From the NCBI GenBank assembly GCA_964557575.1, contig CAZLBC010000013.1:5758-69757 (forward strand): 64,000 bases of DNA, given 5' to 3'. Below the pieces are notes generated by a model that worked only from the letters and a program-made list of their open reading frames with translations, was not told where the DNA came from and ran no database searches. Source of the stretch: an uncultured Planctomycetaceae bacterium. Its GTDB lineage: Bacteria > Planctomycetota > Phycisphaerae > SM23-33. Position 1 is the stretch's first letter, and each line of letters begins with the position of its first letter. Shown one piece after another: positions 1 through 9,678 of the stretch. The position numbers and the translations under genes are program-made.

Positions 1-880
1 ACGCGCGAGTTGCAGCAGTGCCTTGTCGTACAATTGCAGTTTTTTCCATGCAGGCACCATCAGGGTGAAATTTTCTATCACGGTCGCGGGAGATTTCTCA
101 GTCACCTGCCGCAAGCCTTCTATTTTTATCGGCAGCCGTGTTTTGGGTTTCGCGCCGCCGCCGTTGTTGTTCTGGTTTCCGTTACCCACGTTTCCGTTTG
201 CACCGTTTGCCACGGGTTGGCCGCCGGCAATCCTCTTTATTTTTTTCTGTATCGCGGCGATGGCGTCATCTTCCCCGATCGTCTGGAGTATTGCTACCTG
301 AAGCTGGTAAACGCTGTAGAGGGCCTTCGCGTTCTTTTTTGAATTCTTTTCCAACTTCTTGACATCACCGGACAGCTTTCGCAACGCCACGCGCCGTACG
401 CCGGGACTGCTGGCCTTCAGCTTTTGCGGTATCAGGGCGATAACTTTTTCACTGCCGCCGCTTTTATCGAGCATTTTCAGCCAATAATCCACCGCCTTGT
501 CGAGTTTGCCGGCGTCATCAAGCACCATGTATTTCCGGTGCTCTATCAGGAGTTTCTCCCATCGCTTTGTCACGCTCTTGAGGGCCTTGTCGTATGCGGC
601 AACGACGGCCTTATAGTCCGGTTTTTTCTTGCTCCTCAATTTTTCAGCCAGGCTGAATGAGGGAATTGCATCATACCGGATGGCGGCAATCTGAGTTATA
701 TGATACTGCTGCTCCCGCGCCCCCGCCTTGAAAGCAATCTCAAGTTCAGCATCGTTGTATCCGGCGACCCTGCCGGGCAGGGTCATGGCCCCCGAACCCT
801 TCCTGACATTAATGCTGTCGGCATGCAGTAGGCCCGCGGCAAATAAAAGAATACAGAAAATACACGATAGGTTCTTCATG
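1..880 (-). CDS. Secreted hypothetical protein, partial (C-terminus beyond window start); N-terminal signal peptide, helical/TPR-like body, Gly/Asn-rich segment
   Basis: Minus-strand frame is open from ATG at 878-880 to position 1 (translated by hand; not in the ORF track because there is no in-window stop). N-terminus MKNLSCIFCILLFAAGLLHA is a typical signal peptide. Same strand as the VWA gene, 28 nt downstream of it. Confidence 0.5.
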
Positions 881-907
881 GCTGTCACTCTTTAAAACGA
901 ATTATCA

Positions 908-1915
908 TCAATAGCCGCTCTCACGCACGTACTTGTAAAGCCCATTGTTTTCGCTGGCGATATTTTTCATGATTTCAACCGCTTCGGGGGGCCTGTTGCC
1001 GTAAAGATAAGTGAATATCTGCACCTTCCCGTCCGGATTCATCTTCTTGATCGCGTCGAGGACCTTCTGGTTGTCCGGAAAGCGACCATCGGTCAGCAGG
1101 TAGACCAGAAAGCCTTTTTTCCGAGCGCCCTTGAACACGTCGAAAGCCCGCTGCAGTGCGGGAACCGGGTTGGTCTGCCTTCGCGGGACGACGTCCTGAA
1201 GATACTCGGCAACCTTCTTCTTGTTCAGGCGCGTGGCGGGAACAAGCCTGCCGGTGCCGAATTCCTCGGGTTCGTCCTCAGAGTAAAATATGACGTGAAA
1301 GTTCTGGGAATCGTCGAGCGCGTAAATGGATCTCCTCATTTCCCGTCTCAGGGCGTCGAATGTATCGATCATCGAGCCGCTTCGGTCGATGACATACACG
1401 ATATTGTAGGCCTTGCCGCCACTTCCGAAGAAACCCGAATTGGGCAATCCCGTACCGTGCGTGCTCAAACCGTTTGCCGATGCGCCCGACTTGCCGCCGC
1501 CGGCAATGCCGGTAACGTCGAGGGTTTCATCGGTTTTCCCCGAACTGACGTTCACCTGGCTTTTCTTCGGCACAACGCTCTTCCTCGCCTCCGAGGATGT
1601 ATGCTTCTGCACCTTGCGCTGGGTGGGATTCACCCTGCCCCCGGGATGATGGCTCTGAACGGTACTGGCGAAATAAACCTCTTCCTCTTCAGGCTTTGAA
1701 TACACAATAAAGACCAGGAACAACAGGACCAGGAAGAGACCGACATGAAAAAGAAGACTTATAACCCACGGCATGGCCGCGGCGAGGAGTTCCATAACCG
1801 GGTCGTCCCCGTCGTCCCCCAGTTCCTCTTCAAGCATTTCGTCTTCTTCGTCGTAACCCTCTGCTTCTTCCAGTTCATCATCGTCGTAGAGATCCATATC
1901 GTCATCTTTTGCCAT
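908..1915 (-). CDS. von Willebrand factor A (VWA) domain membrane protein with acidic N-terminal tail (BatA/BatB-like)
   Basis: Acidic N-terminus (DDDELEEAEGYDEEDE), one TM helix, then a VWA/MIDAS-like core: NIVYVIDRSGSMIDTFDALRREMRRSIYAL ... LLTDGRFPDN. Confidence 0.7.
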   Translation of the reverse strand: MAKDDDMDLYDDDELEEAEGYDEEDEMLEEELGDDGDDPVMELLAAAMPWVISLLFHVGLFLVLLFLVFIVYSKPEEEEVYFASTVQSHHPGGRVNPTQRKVQKHTSSEARKSVVPKKSQVNVSSGKTDETLDVTGIAGGGKSGASANGLSTHGTGLPNSGFFGSGGKAYNIVYVIDRSGSMIDTFDALRREMRRSIYALDDSQNFHVIFYSEDEPEEFGTGRLVPATRLNKKKVAEYLQDVVPRRQTNPVPALQRAFDVFKGARKKGFLVYLLTDGRFPDNQKVLDAIKKMNPDGKVQIFTYLYGNRPPEAVEIMKNIASENNGLYKYVRESGY

Positions 1916-2037
1916 AGCGAATCTCCTATACCGGCATTTTGTGTTATCCCCCTATATTTATTAAACCAAATACGCTTTGCCCAGTCCAGAAGAATTGCCC
2001 TGTCTGTTGTGTGCTTTCACGAAAAATTCGTATTTGC

Positions 2038-2059
2038 GGCCTGCTGAACAATTCAGGGC
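2038..2059. repeat. Palindrome-containing 20-nt motif, copy a (GGCCTGCTGAACAATTCAGGGC)
   Basis: Contains CTGAA-N3-TTCAG. Shares 19/20 nt with copy b (2178-2196, inverted) and 18-19/20 with the copies at 54147-54183. Confidence 0.7.
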
Positions 2060-2177
2060 CTGCCTGCGAAAGGACATTTTTCCGCACCTCATCGTCAGCC
2101 TCCATCGACGATTCATAGAGAATCGCCTGTTTCGGCTCACTTGATGTGCGAAAAACGTGTCTCATTCTCGTCGACGG

Positions 2178-2196
2178 CTGAATGGTTCAGCAGGCC
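2178..2196. repeat. Palindrome-containing motif, copy b (inverted; CTGAATGGTTCAGCAGGCC)
   Basis: Reverse complement GGCCTGCTGAACCATTCAG matches copy a at 19/20 positions; ~120 nt separate a and b. Confidence 0.7.
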
Positions 2197-2425
2197 CTGT
2201 TCAAGTGAAAAAATACACCGCAAAACGCACAGTCAACGGCCGACGGCAACAATGCAGGGAAATTCGCCGGCAATTGCAAGGTAACGAATCGATTGAGGGT
2301 ATCCCATTTTGTCACCGGTATCAATCGAAACGTGGCGAAAACATGACGTCATATTTGCGTGTTTTTGCGAAAGTTACAGAAAATGGGCCACAACTCCATA
2401 CCACTGGGTATACTATCAACACCAG

Positions 2426-2508
2426 GCGAGGGTGGCGGAATTGGCAGACGCGCCAGGTTTAGGTCCTGGTCCCTGAACGGGGTGCAGGTTCGAGTCCTGT
2501 CTCTCGCA
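2426..2508 (+). tRNA. tRNA-Leu (anticodon UAG), type II with long variable arm
   Basis: Hand-folded cloverleaf: 7-bp acceptor stem gcgaggg/ctctcgc, 3-bp D stem, anticodon stem ccagg/cctgg, loop TTTAGGT (anticodon TAG), long variable arm, T-loop TTCGAGT, discriminator A; no encoded CCA. Confidence 0.8.
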
Positions 2509-2571
2509 TATAGAATAGGATAATATATTCACGGGTGGCCGGGCACGACGGCAGGCTGAAGATACAACCGG

Positions 2572-4134
2572 TTAATCGGCGGAAGGCCGGTTGTATACGG
2601 GGACAGCAACGGCACTGCCTTCGGCCGGGGCCGGAGCGGCACGGAAACTCAGGAGGGACACATAGAAAAATCCGAAAGAAAATATGGACAGAAAGGGAAT
2701 CATAAGGAATGCGCGGGTATCAAAAAGGCTGACAATAATACAGATAATCATGTACATGCCGAGCCCGAATTCAACACAGGGCAACCAGTCGATAGCGCGT
2801 TTCTTCCTGCGCGAATCCGCGTCGGCAGTCTGGTCGGAATAGCGTTTACTCGACGTCTTTTCTCCGTATTTCGGCGTACGCACAAAACCGCTTTCCCTGC
2901 CGAACAGCGCCTCGATAATAGCCTTCGTATTCGAGACGCATAACCCGACGCCGATTGCCATCATGACCGGCCCATACTTGATCGGGTTATACCAATTGCC
3001 GCCCAGGGCCATCTGGCCGGTGCAATAAAATGCCGTGACGGACATGGTGGCCAGGGAGAAAATGCCCATATCAACCAACACGCGCCACATCCCGCCCGTC
3101 TCTATGGGCAAGCACTTCAAGAACATGGCGGGAAACATCAACAATACGAGCGCAAACATGAATATGTGCAGGCAGAACGCCGTCAACTGAAAAAAAGCCT
3201 CCACCTTGACCTTCAGCGGCATCTTGCTCAGCAAGACCTTTGGGAGCAGGTTTATCGCGTTCTGTGTCCCCCCCTTGGTCCACCTGAACTGCTGCGCCTT
3301 GAATGCCTTCATGTCCGGCGGCAGTTCGGCGGGTGAGGTCATCTCGGGAAGATAGACAAATTTCCAGCCCTTCAACTGGGCACGGTATGAGAGATCGAGG
3401 TCCTCGGTGAGCGTATCCTGTTTCCAACCCCCCGCGTCTTCAATCGCACTGCGCCGCCAGGCGCCCCCGGTGCCGTTGAAATTCATGAACCTGCCGCTCT
3501 TGTTGCGCGCAATATGCTCAACGCTGAAGTGTCCATCGAGAAAAATTGCCTGGCTCTTGGTAAGCAGGCTGTTCTGACTGTTTATATGCTCCCACCGGGT
3601 CTGTACCGCGCAGACGCCGGGATCGGTGAAATAATGTATAGTGTTTTTCAGGAATCCCGCGTCGGGTATGAAATCAGCATCAAAAATGGCAATGTATTCC
3701 CCGGTTGCATTCTTCATGCCGTTGGCAAGAGCGCCGGCCTTGAAACCGGCCCTGTTTTCCCGGTGGATATATTCTATGTCATGACCGTCTTGTTTCTTTT
3801 CCTCAACCAATTCCCGCGCGATATCGTGTGTGTCGTCCGTGCTGTCATCCAAAACCTGAATCTGGATTTTATCAGCGGGATAATCCAGATTACAGGCCGC
3901 CTTAATGATCCGGCGCGCGACGAAGCGTTCGTTATACATCGGCAGTTGAACGGTCACCCTCGGCAGGTCTTCGAACGTTCCCGCAAGATATGATTTTTTC
4001 TTTCGATGCCGGTAAAACAAGCAGACCAGGACATACCGATGAAATCCGTATAGACAAACCACGGCGAGAATAATCGTGTATAAGGACATGAAAGTCGTTT
4101 TGATAAACTCGACCCAATCCATCGCCACTTCCAT
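2572..4134 (-). CDS. Processive family-2 glycosyltransferase (cellulose/chitin/PNAG-synthase-like), multi-TM
   Basis: N- and C-terminal TM helices. GT2 motifs: LPMYNE, DDSTDDT, FDADF and the processive-synthase signature QQFRW (QxxRW). Confidence 0.8.
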   Translation of the reverse strand: MEVAMDWVEFIKTTFMSLYTIILAVVCLYGFHRYVLVCLFYRHRKKKSYLAGTFEDLPRVTVQLPMYNERFVARRIIKAACNLDYPADKIQIQVLDDSTDDTHDIARELVEEKKQDGHDIEYIHRENRAGFKAGALANGMKNATGEYIAIFDADFIPDAGFLKNTIHYFTDPGVCAVQTRWEHINSQNSLLTKSQAIFLDGHFSVEHIARNKSGRFMNFNGTGGAWRRSAIEDAGGWKQDTLTEDLDLSYRAQLKGWKFVYLPEMTSPAELPPDMKAFKAQQFRWTKGGTQNAINLLPKVLLSKMPLKVKVEAFFQLTAFCLHIFMFALVLLMFPAMFLKCLPIETGGMWRVLVDMGIFSLATMSVTAFYCTGQMALGGNWYNPIKYGPVMMAIGVGLCVSNTKAIIEALFGRESGFVRTPKYGEKTSSKRYSDQTADADSRRKKRAIDWLPCVEFGLGMYMIICIIVSLFDTRAFLMIPFLSIFSFGFFYVSLLSFRAAPAPAEGSAVAVPVYNRPSAD

Positions 4135-4233
4135 TTTCCGTTAAAAATACAACTGTTTAAAAGATGTAACAGGATTTAAATAAAGATTTTATCCAATGAT
4201 CGCCAACGGTCAAGCAAAAACAAAAACTGATGG

Positions 4234-4252
4234 AACAGCGCGGAAACCTGTT
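4234..4252 (-). terminator. Weak rho-independent terminator candidate after the HIT/alpha-operon unit
   Basis: 5-bp hairpin aacag-gcgcggaaac-ctgtt directly after the HIT stop codon. On the minus strand it is followed within 6 nt by a T-rich tract (cagtttttgtttttgc). Confidence 0.3.
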
Positions 4253-4258
4253 TTCGAA

Positions 4259-4702
4259 CTATGCCGACTCGCTCAAGCGGGCAATGATATCACCGGCAAT
4301 CCGCTCCATTTCCCCCTCCTGATACTCTCCGGCGGGCCATGTATAACTGAATCTGTCAGCGGTATTCCTCGGAATGATATGAAAATGAACATGGGGCACC
4401 AGCTGACCCGCGATTCTTCCGTTGTTCTGCAAAACATTAACGCCCTCGCAGGAAAGGGCCCCGCGCACCGCGTGGACAAGGCGAGGAAGGTTGCTGAGTA
4501 GCCCGCCGGCCATGTCGGGGGAAAGTTCGTCAATAATCTCAACATGATACTTGGGGATAAGGAGCGTGTGGCCCCTGGCGACCGGGCCGATGTCAATGAA
4601 CGCAAGGGAAACATCATCTTCCAGCACGGTGTGGGATGGAATCTCTCCCGCGACTATTTTGCAGAAAATACAATCGCCGGCCGTATTCATTCCGCCCTCC
4701 AT
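4259..4702 (-). CDS. HIT-family (histidine triad) nucleotide hydrolase
   Basis: Canonical histidine triad HVHFHIIPR near the C-terminus; size and fold are typical of Hint proteins. Confidence 0.8.
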   Translation of the reverse strand: MEGGMNTAGDCIFCKIVAGEIPSHTVLEDDVSLAFIDIGPVARGHTLLIPKYHVEIIDELSPDMAGGLLSNLPRLVHAVRGALSCEGVNVLQNNGRIAGQLVPHVHFHIIPRNTADRFSYTWPAGEYQEGEMERIAGDIIARLSESA

Positions 4703-4725
4703 AAAACAGGAAAAAGAGATTGGTC

Positions 4726-5457
4726 CTACGAAGCAGGCTCGTCCGCCTTGTTCTCCTCTTGGTCGTCCCCGGAACTCCCGTCCTCATCGCCGGGTTGAAC
4801 ATCGGCATCGCCGTCAACGGCTTCTGCGCCACCGGGTTCTTCGGCGGCGTTGTCAACGGGTTCCGTCTCCCGGCTGTCATCCGGGGCTTCACCTTCACCG
4901 TCGTCACCAGCGACTTCCAACTCCTCCCCTTCACCGCTACTTTTTTCACCGGTCGCCTTTTCGACTGCATCGTATTTCTTCGACGCCTTCTTGCCCCGTC
5001 GGCCTGAACCGGACTGTTTTCCACCGGACGAGGACGATTCCTCGACGAGTTGCAGAATGACCTGGACACCGCCGTCTCCAATCCTCCTGTCGGCCAGGCG
5101 AATAATACGGGTATACCCGCCGGGCCGGTCGGCATACCGCGGCCCGACGACATCAAAGAGCTTCTCGATAATCGTTTGATCGATGTCCTCTATGTCCTCC
5201 TCGGGATTCCGTCCGCCGTTGCGCACCTGGAACTGGAAATAGTCCTGTAATAGAGACTTGGCCCTGCGCCGCGCATGGAGCGTTCTGGTTTTCGCGAGGG
5301 TGATCAGCTTCTCGACAAAACGCCGCAGCTCCTTTGCTTTTGCCTCAGTTGTTTTAATGGCCTCGTGCTGGATGAGCGCCGCAGCCATGTTGCGACGAAG
5401 ATTCCTCCGGTGGGAGGAATTTCGACTTAATTGCCTTCCTGCTATCCGATGTCGCAT
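4726..5457 (-). CDS. rplQ: 50S ribosomal protein L17 with ~110-aa acidic low-complexity C-terminal extension
   Basis: N-terminus MRHRIAGRQLSRNSSHRRNLRRNMAAALIQHEAIKTTEAKAKELR matches L17. The C-terminal tail is rich in D/E/G/S. Confidence 0.85.
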   Translation of the reverse strand: MRHRIAGRQLSRNSSHRRNLRRNMAAALIQHEAIKTTEAKAKELRRFVEKLITLAKTRTLHARRRAKSLLQDYFQFQVRNGGRNPEEDIEDIDQTIIEKLFDVVGPRYADRPGGYTRIIRLADRRIGDGGVQVILQLVEESSSSGGKQSGSGRRGKKASKKYDAVEKATGEKSSGEGEELEVAGDDGEGEAPDDSRETEPVDNAAEEPGGAEAVDGDADVQPGDEDGSSGDDQEENKADEPAS

Positions 5458-5518
5458 ATCTATGCCTCTGATTTCAAATACAGTTCCGTTTACAAGCGGT
5501 CACGAAAAACGCCGCACA

Positions 5519-6541
5519 TCAACCGCCTTCCAGGGAATACTCATCTTCATCCAATACCGGAACATCCATGCCGAGACTCAACCCGAGATCGGTCAACTTG
5601 CGCTTGACCTCCCTGAGCGATGTCTTCCCGAAACTCCTGATTTTCAAGAGGTCCGATTCAGACATATTCACGAGCTGGCCGACCGTTTGTATTTTTGAAG
5701 ATTCAAGGCAGTTGTGAGCGCGGACCGTGAGATCCAGTTCCTGGACGCTCATCTTCAATTTTCGCTGAAGCTCCTCGTCCACATCTTTCCGGATATCGGA
5801 GGCGACGGAATCGACGATCTGTTCTCCGAGTTCGAAATACTGGACAAAGGGATTAAGGTGCTTCCGCAGTATCTTGGCCGCCTCGACCATAGCCATCTCG
5901 GGAGTAATGGTGCCGTCCGTCCAGATTTCCATAATCATACGATCATAATTTGTTTTCTGGCCGACCCGTGTTTCCTCGGTTTCATAGCGGACCCGGGTTA
6001 CCGGTGAAAAGAAGGCATCGACCTTGATAAATCCCTCATCCAGTTCCTCTTCGTCGTCGCTCTCCAGGTCTTCGGCGGGAACGTACCCCCTGCCCTTGTG
6101 TACTTCCATCTCCATGTCAAAGGTAACATTATCGGTCAGCGTCAACAAGGTGAGATCCTCATTCATGACCTCGATGGAAGGATCGGCCTCAATCATACCC
6201 GCGGTAACCGGCCCCTTGACATTACTATGCACCTTGAGTATCTGCGGCTCGGTGGCATAGGATTTCACAACGAGAGATTTGACGTTCAGAATAATATCCG
6301 TCACATCCTCCAGGACGCCCTTGATCGAGCTGAACTCATGGTTGACGCCCTTTATACGTATTTTGGTAACGGCGGCTCCCTCAAGGCTGGACAAGAGAAT
6401 CCGCCTGAGTGCATTTCCCACCGTCGTGCCGAACCCTCGTTCGAAAGGCTCCGTGGAGAACTTTCCGTATTGCGGGGTGGACACATCCTGAATGTTGATA
6501 ACTCGTGTAGGTAGCTCAAGGCCTCGCCATCGAATTCGCAT
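5519..6541 (-). CDS. rpoA: DNA-directed RNA polymerase subunit alpha
   Basis: Recognised RpoA N-terminal domain; conserved position between rpsD and rplQ; 340 aa. Confidence 0.9.
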   Translation of the reverse strand: MRIRWRGLELPTRVINIQDVSTPQYGKFSTEPFERGFGTTVGNALRRILLSSLEGAAVTKIRIKGVNHEFSSIKGVLEDVTDIILNVKSLVVKSYATEPQILKVHSNVKGPVTAGMIEADPSIEVMNEDLTLLTLTDNVTFDMEMEVHKGRGYVPAEDLESDDEEELDEGFIKVDAFFSPVTRVRYETEETRVGQKTNYDRMIMEIWTDGTITPEMAMVEAAKILRKHLNPFVQYFELGEQIVDSVASDIRKDVDEELQRKLKMSVQELDLTVRAHNCLESSKIQTVGQLVNMSESDLLKIRSFGKTSLREVKRKLTDLGLSLGMDVPVLDEDEYSLEGG

Positions 6542-6601
6542 TAAATACGCCTCCGCACGCTAGGAGTTTATTATCGGTTTCAGTGTATGCAGTGATAGTT
6601 A

Positions 6602-7225
6602 CTATCGGCTGCAGTATTCTACGATCAGATTCTCTTCAACGGGTATCATCACATCATCCCGAGACGGAAGGGCGACGATACTTCCTTTGAGGTGTTCCAT
6701 TTCCAGGCTCAGCCAGTTCTGCAACCTTGGTTCGCCGAGTTCCTCAAGATTCGATCGAATCAAGTTCTGAGATTTTCCTGAGGGTTTGGGTTCAATACTA
6801 TCCCCGACACCCACCATGAAGCTTGGTTTATTGACGCGTCTTCCGTTTACATAAATATGCCCGTGGGCAACCAGCTGCCGGGCCGCAGGATGAGACGGTG
6901 CCATGCCAAGCTTATACACCACGTTGTCAAGACGCCGTTCCAGGAGGCTCAACAAAAGCGAACCGGTCGCGCCCTGCATGCGCGATGCCTTTGCGAAGAG
7001 GTTTATGAACTGCCGGTCTCGCAAACCGTAATATCTCTTCACTTTCTGCTTTTCACGCAGCCGAACGGCGTAGTCGCTGCCGCGCCGTTTGCGCCAATTG
7101 TGCTGGCCGGGCGGAACACCCAGCCTGCGCTCATTTTTACCGCTGTGTGCCCTGGCACCTTTCAGCATCAGGTTAACGCCTTCCCGGCGGCACAGTCGAT
7201 CAGTCGGTCCTCTATATCGTCCCAT
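6602..7225 (-). CDS. rpsD: 30S ribosomal protein S4
   Basis: MGRYRGPTDRLCRREGVNLMLKGARA...; conserved alpha-operon position. Confidence 0.9.
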   Translation of the reverse strand: MGRYRGPTDRLCRREGVNLMLKGARAHSGKNERRLGVPPGQHNWRKRRGSDYAVRLREKQKVKRYYGLRDRQFINLFAKASRMQGATGSLLLSLLERRLDNVVYKLGMAPSHPAARQLVAHGHIYVNGRRVNKPSFMVGVGDSIEPKPSGKSQNLIRSNLEELGEPRLQNWLSLEMEHLKGSIVALPSRDDVMIPVEENLIVEYCSR

Positions 7226-7255
7226 TAATCAATGCTCCTGTCAGTGTGCCGAATC

Positions 7256-7639
7256 TTATATCCGCCGCTTCTTGCGCGGCCTGCAACCGTTGTGAGGTAT
7301 AGGGGTTACATCGCATATGGACAGTATTTTCAAGCCTGCCGAATCCAAACCTGAAATTGCGTTCTCCCTGCCGCTGCCGGGACCGTTCACTCTCACATCG
7401 ACTTCAACCATCCCGAGTTTCCTGGCCTTTTCACCGGCGGCCTCACCGGCAAGTGTCGCGGCGAACGGCGTACTTTTCCGGGAACCCTTGAATCCTCCGA
7501 TGGAACCAGCCGAAGCAGTGACCAGAACATCCCCGGCAGGATCGGTAATCGCCACAATCGTGTTATTGAAAGTGGCTTTTACACAGGCAATCCCTCGGAC
7601 CACGTGCCGTTTCTTCTTTTTCTTGGTCTTTTTAGCCAT
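7256..7639 (-). CDS. rpsK: 30S ribosomal protein S11
   Basis: [30 protein letters not shown] matches S11. Confidence 0.9.
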   Translation of the reverse strand: MAKKTKKKKKRHVVRGIACVKATFNNTIVAITDPAGDVLVTASAGSIGGFKGSRKSTPFAATLAGEAAGEKARKLGMVEVDVRVNGPGSGRENAISGLDSAGLKILSICDVTPIPHNGCRPRKKRRI

Positions 7640-7642
7640 GAG

Positions 7643-8026
7643 TTAACGCATCTCCTTTACCGATTGCTTGCCGGCCACGGTCTTTCGTGGGCCCTTCCGC
7701 GTCCGGGCATTCGTTTTTGTCCGCTGCCCGTTGACCGGAAGACCCCTGCGATGCCTGTTGCCCCTGTAGCAATTAATTGACTTGAGGCGGGCAACCGCTT
7801 CCCGGGTCTGGCGTCGCAACTGACCTTCAATCATATAGTCCCGGCTCAGTATCGTACCGATCTGCGATATCTGGTCCTCGGTCAGATCCTTTGCCCTGAC
7901 ACTGTCGGGAATATCCAATTCGTCACATATATCCCTGGCAAACTTCGGACCGATCCCGTAAATATACCTGAGCGAGATCCAGACCGGCTTGTTATCGGGA
8001 ATGTCGACACCTGCAACTCGCGGCAT
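7643..8026 (-). CDS. rpsM: 30S ribosomal protein S13
   Basis: MPRVAGVDIPDNKPVWISLRYIYGIG matches S13. Confidence 0.9.
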   Translation of the reverse strand: MPRVAGVDIPDNKPVWISLRYIYGIGPKFARDICDELDIPDSVRAKDLTEDQISQIGTILSRDYMIEGQLRRQTREAVARLKSINCYRGNRHRRGLPVNGQRTKTNARTRKGPRKTVAGKQSVKEMR

Positions 8027-8068
8027 TATATTCTTCTCCTGGTCATGTTTGTGATTAACCTGCCCGAA

Positions 8069-8182
8069 CTAACCCTGTCGCTGTTTATGCTTCGGGTTAG
8101 AGCAAATCACGCGGACTACGCCCTTGCGGCGAATAATCCTGCAATGTTCGCATATTCTCTTTACCGATGATCGTACTTTCAT
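8069..8182 (-). CDS. rpmJ: 50S ribosomal protein L36 (zinc-ribbon form)
   Basis: Not in the ORF track (37 aa). Hand translation of the minus strand gives [37 protein letters not shown], closely matching L36 with its C-x2-C...C...H zinc motif. Lies between rpsM and map as expected. Confidence 0.85.
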   Translation of the reverse strand: MKVRSSVKRICEHCRIIRRKGVVRVICSNPKHKQRQG

Positions 8183-8225
8183 TGTCACACCTGTTTTCAG
8201 GAATCCGCAGATTCCTTCACTCTCT

Positions 8226-8999
8226 CTAAGCGGTCAAAACACGTGCACCTGTTTCGTTTATCGCAACAGTGTGTTCCCAGTGTGCGCTGGGTTTACCGTC
8301 GACCGTAACCGCCGTCCATCCGTCACTCTTTACCTTGACGCCTTTCTCACCCATATTTACCATCGGTTCAATCGCGAGTACCATACCGGGCCGCAACTCA
8401 ATATCGCGCGATCTGAGTTCAGGCGTCACGAAATTCGGCAGCTTGGGCGGCTCATGCATCTTTTCGCCGATGCCATGACCCACGAATTCCTCGACAACCG
8501 AAAATCCTTCTCCTCTGATGTACTCGGACATCGCGCCGGCCACGTGGCTCCAGCAGGTGCCGGGACCGATCAGGCCCACTGCGATATCAAGTGAATACCG
8601 CGTGACTTCGACCAGTCTGGCCCTTTCCGCGCCGACGGTTCCGACAATATAGGTCCTGGCGGCATCTCCGCACCAGCCGTTCAATTTCACGCCGAAATCA
8701 ATGCTTACTATATCGCCGTCCGCTATCATTCTGTTACCCGGAATGCCGTGTACGATTTCATCGTTGATGGATGTGCAGGCATTGCCCGGAAACGGCGGGG
8801 CGCCGCCGGAACCCGGAACACCCTTGAAAAGGCATTCGGCCCCGGAAAGCATGCATATTCTTCCGGCTTCTCTATCCAGTTGTTCGGTCGTTATTCCCGG
8901 TGCAACCAACTCGCCCAGGGAATCCAGAACGTTACGCACTACCTGGCACGCTCTGTATATCTTATCAACGTCTTTTCCGCTCTTGAGCTTGATTACCAC
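8226..8999 (-). CDS. map: Methionine aminopeptidase type I
   Basis: MAP-I fold with metal-ligand regions (…[10 protein letters not shown]…, …GHGIG…); conserved position next to adk/secY. Confidence 0.9.
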   Translation of the reverse strand: MVIKLKSGKDVDKIYRACQVVRNVLDSLGELVAPGITTEQLDREAGRICMLSGAECLFKGVPGSGGAPPFPGNACTSINDEIVHGIPGNRMIADGDIVSIDFGVKLNGWCGDAARTYIVGTVGAERARLVEVTRYSLDIAVGLIGPGTCWSHVAGAMSEYIRGEGFSVVEEFVGHGIGEKMHEPPKLPNFVTPELRSRDIELRPGMVLAIEPMVNMGEKGVKVKSDGWTAVTVDGKPSAHWEHTVAINETGARVLTA

Positions 9000-9018
9000 A
9001 GGAAGTCACCCGACCCTT

Positions 9019-9678
9019 TCAGCCGGCCAGCTTCGAAAGCTCTTGCGAAATAGACGCTGTTACTTCCTCGGGAGACTGCTCGCCGTCTACGACGATAACG
9101 GTAACACCATCGCGCTGCTGATAATAATCGATAACGGGCTCGGTCTGGCCCTTGTAGGCTTCCAGTCTTTGCCGGACAACGGACTCGGAATCGTCGTCCC
9201 GCTGAACGAGTCTCACTTCTCCGTCACAGGCATCGCAAAACGTGCCCTTCGCCGAGGGCATGTAATCGACGTGAAACGCCTTGCCGCACTGCGGGCAGGA
9301 CCGCCTCCCGGTTATCCGCTTTACGATCGTTTCATCGTCCGCCGTGATCAGTATGACGGCGTCGACGGAAAGTCCCGAATCGCCGAGCATCCCGTCGAGT
9401 ACTTCCGCCTGCGGCAGCGTCCGGGGAAAACCGTCCAGCAGCAAACCACCTTCAACGGATTGAATGGCCTTGACCATGATCTCAACGACCAGTGCGTCGG
9501 AAACGAGTTCGCCCCTTGCCATGACCGCGGCAATCTGCTTTCCGAGTTCGGAGCCGGAACTCTTTTCTGCGCGGAAGATGTCCCCGCTGGACAAGTGCGT
9601 CATAGCGAAACGCTCGGCGATTCTCTCCGCCTGAGTTCCTTTTCCTGCGCCGGGGGGTCCCATCAGTACGGCCAGCAT
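9019..9678 (-). CDS. adk: Adenylate kinase (with Cys4 LID zinc motif)
   Basis: P-loop MLAVLMGPPGAGKGTQAERIAERF; LID region has CPQCG...CDAC. Confidence 0.9.
   Translation of the reverse strand: MLAVLMGPPGAGKGTQAERIAERFAMTHLSSGDIFRAEKSSGSELGKQIAAVMARGELVSDALVVEIMVKAIQSVEGGLLLDGFPRTLPQAEVLDGMLGDSGLSVDAVILITADDETIVKRITGRRSCPQCGKAFHVDYMPSAKGTFCDACDGEVRLVQRDDDSESVVRQRLEAYKGQTEPVIDYYQQRDGVTVIVVDGEQSPEEVTASISQELSKLAG

Noticed and set aside
1944-2165. 73-aa minus-strand ORF upstream of the VWA gene
   Set aside because: Spans the palindromic motif pair. The same DNA motif produces a PELFS peptide at both loci, indicating that sequence similarity is at the DNA level rather than a coding gene.
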